Positions 8,399-15,372 of a DNA stretch of 15,372 nucleotides are shown here, piece after piece. Origin of the DNA: Planctomycetota bacterium (GTDB taxonomy: Bacteria > Planctomycetota > B15-G4 > JADJEK01). The stretch's first letter is position 1; each line of letters starts with the position of its first letter. The stretch is from positions 1 through 15,372 of the forward strand of contig JBGAIQ010000086.1 of NCBI GenBank assembly GCA_044225365.1, read 5' to 3'. Position numbers and translations under genes: made by a program. Under the pieces are notes generated by a model. It had not been told where the DNA came from, made no database searches, and was given only the letters and a program-made list of their open reading frames with translations.

Positions 8399-8794
8399 TC
8401 AGCCGAACAGCCCGAACGCCTTGAAACCGGCGAAGGCGGCCGCAATGCCGAGGACCACACTCAGGACAACGTAGCAGAAGAAGGCGCCGAACCGCCCTTC
8501 CCGGACCAGTTCCAAGGCGTCGATGCTGAAGGTGGAGAAGGTCGTGAATCCGCCACAAACGCCGACCCCGATGAAGGTCGCGAAGACCTTGGCCGACTCT
8601 TCCTTGACGACGAGGGAACCCATGAGCCCGGCGAGCCCGCCCAGTACGAGGCAGCCGACGACGTTCACGATCAGGATCGCGAGCGGAAAGCCGCCGGTCT
8701 GCGTCTTCGGCAGCGCGCTCGCCGCGGCGAATCTCAGTAGCGACCCCAAGCCGCCGCCGAGGAAGACGAGGAACGCATCACGCGGTGGGACCAT
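8399..8794 (-). CDS. crcB: Fluoride efflux channel CrcB/FluC
   Basis: 131 aa, 4 hydrophobic segments, VFLGGGLGSLLRF, FPLAILIVNVVGC and GVCGGFTTFSTF signatures. The start at 8794 is chosen because the longer ORF to 8980 runs through REP repeats. Confidence 0.95.
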   Translation of the reverse strand: MVPPRDAFLVFLGGGLGSLLRFAAASALPKTQTGGFPLAILIVNVVGCLVLGGLAGLMGSLVVKEESAKVFATFIGVGVCGGFTTFSTFSIDALELVREGRFGAFFCYVVLSVVLGIAAAFAGFKAFGLFG

Positions 8795-8801
8795 GGACAG
8801 C

Positions 8802-8829
8802 AGCGTAGGGCCTGGGTTGCCCGGTGCAA
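8802..8829 (-). promoter_or_regulatory. Candidate sigma70-type promoter of crcB, possibly leaderless
   Basis: Minus strand TTGCAC-16 nt-TACGCT, then 7 nt to the ATG; no SD motif. Confidence 0.4.
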
Positions 8830-8834
8830 TCGAA

Positions 8835-8974
8835 TGGGAGCGCCGGCTTGAAGCGCAGTCGTCCACCCAAGTGAAATCGCATTGGGAGCGCCGGGCTCCA
8901 GCCCGGCTCTTCCCTTGCGACACGACACGCCGCTCAGCATCCATCCGGATGCCGGGCTGGAGCCCAGCGCTCCC
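8835..8974. repeat. Inverted pair of REP-like palindromes (REPIN-like) plus a truncated third copy
   Basis: GGGAGC-GCCGGGCT-CC-AGCCCGGC (8884-8907) and inverted GCCGGGCTGGAGCCCAGCGCTCCC (8951-8974); TGGGAGCGCCGG also at 8835-8846. Same stem and flanks (TCTTCCCTT, GAT) as the repeat at 4-223. Confidence 0.85.
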
Positions 8975-9062
8975 GCTCATCGCGGCATACCGCGCGGCGA
9001 CGATTCCCGTCCCTCTCGCGTCGAGCGTCGGCGGTTGATCGCAGCGGATCGAAGATCGTTCG

Positions 9063-10298
<1,236 letters not shown>

Positions 10299-10487
10299 CT
10301 TGGGTCTCGGCAAGTTCGAGGGACGAAAGAGAACCCGCACTCTAGTTACCGCGCGCGATGGATGGAAGGCGGTTGATTCCGGAGGGCGGGAAGAGGACAA
10401 GCGGATTCGGAGAGTACGGGGGGATCGGACATCGGTCTCGGACGTCGTACGTCGTTCGTCGTACCGCGGACGCCCGCCGCATCGTCC

Positions 10488-10516
10488 TTCAACGAGTGGC
10501 CGTGAGCGCGTAGAAT
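10488..10516 (+). promoter_or_regulatory. Candidate sigma70 promoter for the FG-GAP gene
   Basis: TTCAAC (10488-10493), 17-nt spacer, TAGAAT (10511-10516); GAGGAG RBS at 10539-10544. Confidence 0.5.
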
Positions 10517-10551
10517 GGGCGTCCTACCCCCCGGGAATGAGGAGCGAAGCG

Positions 10552-12393
10552 ATGTCGTCGATGATTCGGTATTTCTTGATCGCCTGCTGCGTCGCGCCGC
10601 TGGCGGAGGCGCAGTTCGACGTTCAGTGGCTCACGTTGACGCCGGGGTCGGGCAAGCTCGTGAATCCCGATCTCGTGACGAACGCGGACCTCGTGGCGAA
10701 CACGGACGAAAAGGACTTCGCGATCGGCGACGTAGATCGCGATGGCTGGCCGGACCTCGCGGTCGGGAAGAAGGTACCGAATTCCTTTCCGGGTCCGCGA
10801 GAAGGTCGCCTGCTCCTGAATCGGAAGGGTGTGCTCGTCGATTTCACGGCGCAGCTCGCCAGCTCGTCCCTCACCGCGGGCGATCACGGCTTCAAGGAAC
10901 CACTCGACTGCCGTGACGTCGAGTTCGGCGATCTCGACGGCGACGGTTGGCTCGACCTCGTCAGCGTGCAGACCGATCTACTGAACAACACGACGGCCGC
11001 GGGAAAGCGGATCACCCACCCCCGCATCTACATGAATCTCGGAGAGGACGCCGCCGGCAACTGGCTCGGACTTCGTCATGAGGACGCGCGAATCCCGCAA
11101 CTCTTGACGATTCCCGGCAACGTGAACGGTGTCGTTCGCTTCAACGACTGCACGCTGGGCGACATCGATGGCGACGGCGATCTCGATCTCTACTGCGTGG
11201 ATTCGGACACGGACGAGACCCAACACAACGAACCGCCCTCTCTCGACCTCAACGACCGACTACTCGTCAACGACGGCCACGGGTTCTTCAGCGATGCAAC
11301 GGCGACCCACTTCGCAGCGACCGGGATGTGGTCCTCGCAATTCGGAACCGAGTGCGCATTTCACGATATGAACGGCGATGGAAAGCTCGACATCGTCAAG
11401 ATCTCGACCCTGACCGATTCCCCGAATCGCACCGAGGTCTCGTACAACGACCTCCTCCCCGCGGTCGCGCCGAACTTCCCCGGTGGCTTCGATTCGATCG
11501 CGACCATCGATTCTCAAACGGGTCAGGCGTACTCGATGGCCAACGCCGACCTCAACAACGACGGTCGCATCGACCAAATGGTCGGAAGCGAGGCCTTCGA
11601 TCATTACGAATTCAACAAGAGCAACGATGCCAATGGCGCGGCGGTCTGGTCTTCCCCGCTCAACTTCCAATGGCTCACGGGATCGGGGGATGACGGCTTC
11701 GTCGGCCAGATGTACGCCGTCGATTACGACCTCGACGGCTGGAACGACGCGATCATCACGGACGTCGATATCGATCTCCCAGGATGCACCCGTCGCACGA
11801 AGATCTACCACAACCAAGGCGGCACGCCCGGCGCCACGAACATCGTCCTGCGCGAGGAGGCACAGATGTCCGGTGCGTCCGGCTGGAAGGGCGCGGTCGG
11901 CTGGCTGATCGCGAACTCGAAGGGCGGCTTCGATGTCGCCAACATCGACATCGATCACGACGGAGATCTCGATATCGTGTTCGGGCGGTGCGTCGGCACC
12001 GACGTCTGGATGAATCAGACCAATCCCGTCGTCTGTCAGGCGAGCGTCGTGCCGGCCTCACTCGGGACCGCGTCGCTCACGGTCTGCGGACAACCGCTCT
12101 GGTCGAATCTCTTGGCCTCACTGAAGATCGCGGGCGGCCCGCCGAACACGGCGGCGCTGCTCATCGCAGGTCACGCGCCGACGACCCTCCCCACATTTGG
12201 CGGCCTCGTGATGTACCCGATCACCGTCGGCGCACTCTTGCAACTCGACGCCACGGGAACAGTCACGCTCTCCGTCGCCGGCGGCCTGGGAACGGCGGCA
12301 GGATCGGAGATCTTCCTCCAGGCTCTCCTCGGCCCGCCCGGCGGTCGCCCCAACGACATCACGAACATCGTGCGCGTCGAGATGCACGACTGA
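10552..12393 (+). CDS. Secreted FG-GAP/VCBS-repeat (integrin-alpha-like) 7-bladed beta-propeller with a C-terminal beta-rich domain
   Basis: ATG 10552 lies 7 nt after GAGGAG; signal peptide ending AEA-Q. Seven Ca-binding repeats: GDVDRDGWPDL, GDLDGDGWLDL, GDIDGDGDLDL, HDMNGDGKLDI, ADLNNDGRIDQ, VDYDLDGWNDA, IDIDHDGDLDI. Confidence 0.92.
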   Translation: MSSMIRYFLIACCVAPLAEAQFDVQWLTLTPGSGKLVNPDLVTNADLVANTDEKDFAIGDVDRDGWPDLAVGKKVPNSFPGPREGRLLLNRKGVLVDFTAQLASSSLTAGDHGFKEPLDCRDVEFGDLDGDGWLDLVSVQTDLLNNTTAAGKRITHPRIYMNLGEDAAGNWLGLRHEDARIPQLLTIPGNVNGVVRFNDCTLGDIDGDGDLDLYCVDSDTDETQHNEPPSLDLNDRLLVNDGHGFFSDATATHFAATGMWSSQFGTECAFHDMNGDGKLDIVKISTLTDSPNRTEVSYNDLLPAVAPNFPGGFDSIATIDSQTGQAYSMANADLNNDGRIDQMVGSEAFDHYEFNKSNDANGAAVWSSPLNFQWLTGSGDDGFVGQMYAVDYDLDGWNDAIITDVDIDLPGCTRRTKIYHNQGGTPGATNIVLREEAQMSGASGWKGAVGWLIANSKGGFDVANIDIDHDGDLDIVFGRCVGTDVWMNQTNPVVCQASVVPASLGTASLTVCGQPLWSNLLASLKIAGGPPNTAALLIAGHAPTTLPTFGGLVMYPITVGALLQLDATGTVTLSVAGGLGTAAGSEIFLQALLGPPGGRPNDITNIVRVEMHD

Positions 12394-12868
12394 CTCGCGT
12401 CGCGCACACCCGTCAACTCCTACGTAGGCCGAGCAGCGCGACGAAGCGATTCGGGTGGGCTCGAGATCGTCACGAAGCGGTCCTCGATTTCGGTGCCTGC
12501 GTACAATCTAGGTCGCTTCCGCCTCCCGCTCTTCAGGATCGAAAAGCGGAGAAGTATGCGGGCGGGCCTCGCGGCCTTGGCCGCATCTCCCGCGCTCGGG
12601 ATCGCGACGGCGAACCCCTGAATCATCGAGAACAGTCGCGTCTTGTGCGCGAGGCTGCTCCATTTCCTTCCGCGGGTCATGTCGAGGGATCGCCCATCGC
12701 GGCTTGATGTGGCTGTGTTTCACGAACCGTGAATCCCCGGACACTCGCTCCTCAATGGTTCTAAACGCTGTTGAGGTGCGTTGTAAATGTTTTTCGACTC
12801 GTTCTTTGCGACGTCGAACGAGCAAACGATACCAGAAACGCTAGCGCTCGGGTCGAAGATGTACTGGG

Positions 12869-12918
12869 TGCGAGCCCTTGCGAGCCCGTGCGATCTGGTG
12901 CGAGTTCGAACGAGTTGG
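12869..12918. repeat. Five degenerate 10-bp tandem repeats
   Basis: TGCGAGCCCT/TGCGAGCCCG/TGCGATCTGG/TGCGAGTTCG/AACGAGTTGG. Confidence 0.55.
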
Positions 12919-13019
12919 GAGTCGATCGGGTGAGGCCAGGAATTGGACGGATTGCGGCCGCCTGCCACGAAATCTGCCGTGACGTCATCGCGCGGCGGAT
13001 CGGCTTGGCGCGGCGAGCG

Positions 13020-13044
13020 TGGTAGACTGGTCCACACCGGTTCA
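13020..13044 (+). promoter_or_regulatory. Extended -10 promoter with overlapping imperfect palindrome (candidate TA operator)
   Basis: TG-G-TAGACT at 13020-13028; TAGACTGGT-CCAC-ACCGGTTCA imperfect inverted repeat (6/9 pairs); GGAG RBS at 13070-13073. Confidence 0.45.
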
Positions 13045-13079
13045 ATTCCAAGTAATCAGACGCCGTCCCGGAGTGAGTC

Positions 13080-13349
13080 ATGACCCGAAGTTCCGCTACC
13101 GCGAACACGGTCGGCGCGCACGACGCCAAGACGAACCTCAGCCAACTCCTCGATCGAGTGGAGCGCGGAGAGGCGATCGTGATCGTTCGGCACGGCGAGC
13201 CCGTTGCCCGCCTCGTTCCGTTCCAAGAACCTATCGACAAACGCAAAGTCGAGCACGCGATCGAGCGCCTCATGGCGCTCCAGAAGCGACAGACCCTCGG
13301 TGAGGGGCTCTCCGTCGAGGATCTCATCAACGAAGGGCGCGAAGCGTGA
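13080..13349 (+). CDS. Type II TA antitoxin, Phd/YefM (prevent-host-death) family
   Basis: TVGAHDAKTNLSQLLDRVERGEAIVIVRHGEPVARLVP is the Phd DNA-binding signature; stop overlaps the toxin start (GTGA). Confidence 0.93.
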   Translation: MTRSSATANTVGAHDAKTNLSQLLDRVERGEAIVIVRHGEPVARLVPFQEPIDKRKVEHAIERLMALQKRQTLGEGLSVEDLINEGREA

Positions 13350-13779
13350 GCTTCGTTCTCGATGCGTCGGTCTCGCTGACTTGGTGCTTCGCGGATGAGT
13401 CGACCGACCATTCGAACGCGGTCCTGCGATCGCTTCGCGACGTGCGGGCGATCGTGCCGGCGCTGTGGATCTTCGAGGTCGAGAACGCCCTCGTGAGCGG
13501 AGTTCGTCGCAAGCGAATCTCGAAGAAGGCGATCTCCGAATTCCGCGATGTGCTCGCCGATCTGCCGATCGACGTTCAAGCGCCGCCCAATCCATGGGGC
13601 CGTACCGCCGAACTTCTCCACGACATCGCAGTCGAGCAACAGATCACCGCGTACGACGCCTCGTACCTGACGATTGCCGTCGAACTGGGAATCCGCGACG
13701 CTCGACGGATCCGAGCTGCTGGGGCGACTGGAACACGCCGCTGGAGAAGTTCGGAGTCCGATTCTACGCTCCGAAGTGA
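13346..13779 (+). pseudogene. vapC: VapC/PIN-domain toxin, frameshifted near the C-terminus
   Basis: FVLDAS, VPALWIFEVENAL, ITAYDASYL..A.ELGI in the first frame. The expected ATLD motif lies in the +1 frame from 13695, and a plausible tail EKFGVRFYAPK* in the third frame (13744-13779). Confidence 0.75.
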
Positions 13780-13850
13780 GCCGCGCGGGATTGAATACCA
13801 ACTTCGAGCAGGATCGTCCGTGGAAACCCGCTGCTCCGATCTCAAGGGCC

Positions 13851-14913
13851 TCTCTCCAGTTCCTCGCCCCTTCGCCGGCATCGTGAACCGCCACCCGCAG
13901 CGCGTGATCGACTTCCCTGGTCGAGAAGAACAAGATCCTGAAGGCCGCGCTCGGCGACAAACGCGTCTGGTTCGCGGACGGCCGGCGCCGGAGACTCGCG
14001 ATCCTCGGCAAGGCGCTCGGCCGCGACTTGCTGGATCGCTTCGCGAGCATCGTCTCGACCGAAACGATCCTCCGCTGGTACCGACGGCGCAGGTCGCTTT
14101 GAAGTGGACCTTCAACAACGGCGCAGAGAATCGCCGCTGACGGCCGCGCGTGATGGCAGCAATCGAGATCCTCGTCGTAAAGATGGCGCGCGAGAACGCG
14201 ACGTGGGGGCCGGGAAGCGCATCCAGGGCGCGCTGAAAGCGGTCGGCCACACGGTCGCGCGCTCGACGATCTCGGCAATCCTCGAGCGCAATGGAATCGC
14301 GCCTTCTCCCGATCGCAAGACGTCATGGGCGACGTTCCTGAAAGCGCACTTCGACGGCCTCGCCGTGGCCGACTTCCTGAACGTCGAGGTCTGGACGCTC
14401 CGCGGCCTGCGCACCTTCGTTGTTCTGTTCGCGATTCGATTGAACACGCGCAAGGTCGAGATCCTCGGCGTCACCGACAAGGTCGATCCCGAGTTCGCGA
14501 CGAACGCCGCGAGGAATCTCGTCGATCCGGACGCGAATTCGATGAACGGCGTGGCGCATTTACTGATCGGCCGAGACTCTAAGTTCACGTCGGCGCTCAA
14601 GACGTTTCTGGAGAACGCCGGTGTGACGATCAAGCTCACGCCTCCAAGGTCGCCGAATTGCAATGCTATCTGCGAGCGTTGGGTCGGGACCCTACGGCGC
14701 GAATTGCTCAACTGGATGATCTTCTTCGGCGAGGCGAGCCTCCGTGCTGCCGTCAACGCTTTTGTCGCTCATTATCACGAAGAGCGATCACATCAATCGT
14801 TCGACAATTCGATCCTCGCCCCTCGCATCGATGTCGGGCGCGCTGTCGGTGCCGTGAAACGGCGCGACCGGCGGGGCGGCATCCTTCGCTATTACCATCG
14901 CGCCGCGGCGTAA
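13851..14913 (+). pseudogene. Integrase-core (rve, DDE) IS transposase pseudogene
   Basis: Joined frames read LQFL|FAGIVNRH..VIDF|LVEKNKILK..LG....FAD..RRRLA..GK.LGR..L..FASIVS.ETILRWYRR|..KW..*RPRV..I..LVVKMARENATWG|KRIQGAL..GH.VARSTI..IL...ADF..VE...PPRSPNCNA.CERWV...HYH.ER.HQ...GGILRYYHRAAA. Frameshifts at ~13869, 13916, ~14089, ~14212; in-frame TGA at 14138-14140. Confidence 0.88.
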
Positions 14914-15110
14914 TGAACCGCAAGAAACCCGTCTGGATGCTCGAGGGCGACACCCTCGATCGTGGAACACCACGTTCTCGTCGGGCAATTCGGCGAAATC
15001 GGGCCGTCGGAGCTTCGTCCTGCGGTCGATTTCGGCTGAAATCCGCCATAGCGAAGTCGAGGATCCTCACTCTGCACCGTATTCGAAACGCCGAACCAAG
15101 GGCGGCCGGC

Positions 15111-15190
15111 TTTTCGGACAGGACGGGAATCGGTCACGGCGCTTTTTTCGGACAGCACGCGACTCGCTGGCGGCTTATTATTCGGATAGC
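15111..15190. repeat. 34-bp-period degenerate repeats downstream of the transposase (possible IS end motifs)
   Basis: TCGGA(C/T)AG cores start at 15114, 15148 and 15182; units 15111-15144 and 15145-15178 match at 25/34 positions. Confidence 0.55.
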
Positions 15191-15372
15191 CCACCCCCGA
15201 TCGCGGAAGCAATGTCGCCGCAGTTCTTGCACCACACAGAATCACGTCAGGGGAGCAAATTTCACTGCTGTGGGACCAATCTAAAGCTGTCGATCGATGC
15301 TCGGAATGCGGATTCGAACTTTGAGAAATCCGACGACGCTGCCGTACCAGTGATCAAGTACGTTCGGGCCCC

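Noticed and set aside
8795-8980. N-terminal extension of CrcB, or a fluoride riboswitch
   Set aside because: The extension translates REP repeats. Only a CCCTAC fragment resembles the riboswitch; the GGCGATGG and CTGATG/CTAATG core elements are absent.
12775-12802. dif/Xer site (GGTGCG..TAAATGT)
   Set aside because: Only part of a XerC-like arm matches; there is no TTATGTTAAAT-like XerD arm.
12420-13037. Small ORFs 12420-12680, 12508-12825, 12720-13037, 12771-13025
   Set aside because: No recognisable motifs, atypical composition and mutually overlapping.
13346-14140. 264-aa ORF as a PIN-transposase fusion protein
   Set aside because: Read-through produced by frameshifts; after ELGI it is mostly out of frame and only briefly in frame with transposase fragments.
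15111-15190. Mini-CRISPR
   Set aside because: The 34-bp period is too short for repeat plus spacer, and the inter-core sequences are themselves similar.

Overview
High-GC bacterial DNA, most likely Planctomycetota (inferred from the planctomycete-type cytochrome / DUF1549-1553-like / DUF1501-like genes). The left half is a tightly coupled minus-strand four-gene operon of exported proteins. In transcription order it encodes a 902-aa CX4CH cytochrome-PKD-beta-sandwich-DUF1553-like protein, a Tat-exported DUF1501-like (alkaline-phosphatase-fold) protein, a 1026-aa decaheme cytochrome c fused to an LVIVD beta-propeller, and a secreted protein with 10 EF-hands. This operon is the best candidate for an undescribed periplasmic redox/metal system. 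REP-like palindromes of one family occur at 4-223 (101-bp tandem) and 8835-8974. Between the operon and the right end lie crcB/fluC, an acyl-CoA dehydrogenase and a divergently transcribed secreted 7-bladed FG-GAP propeller. The right ~3 kb is a decaying accessory segment: an intact Phd/YefM antitoxin, a frameshifted VapC/PIN toxin, a multiply disrupted integrase-core (DDE) transposase, and several short phased repeats. Family assignments come from motif recognition only; no database searches were run.
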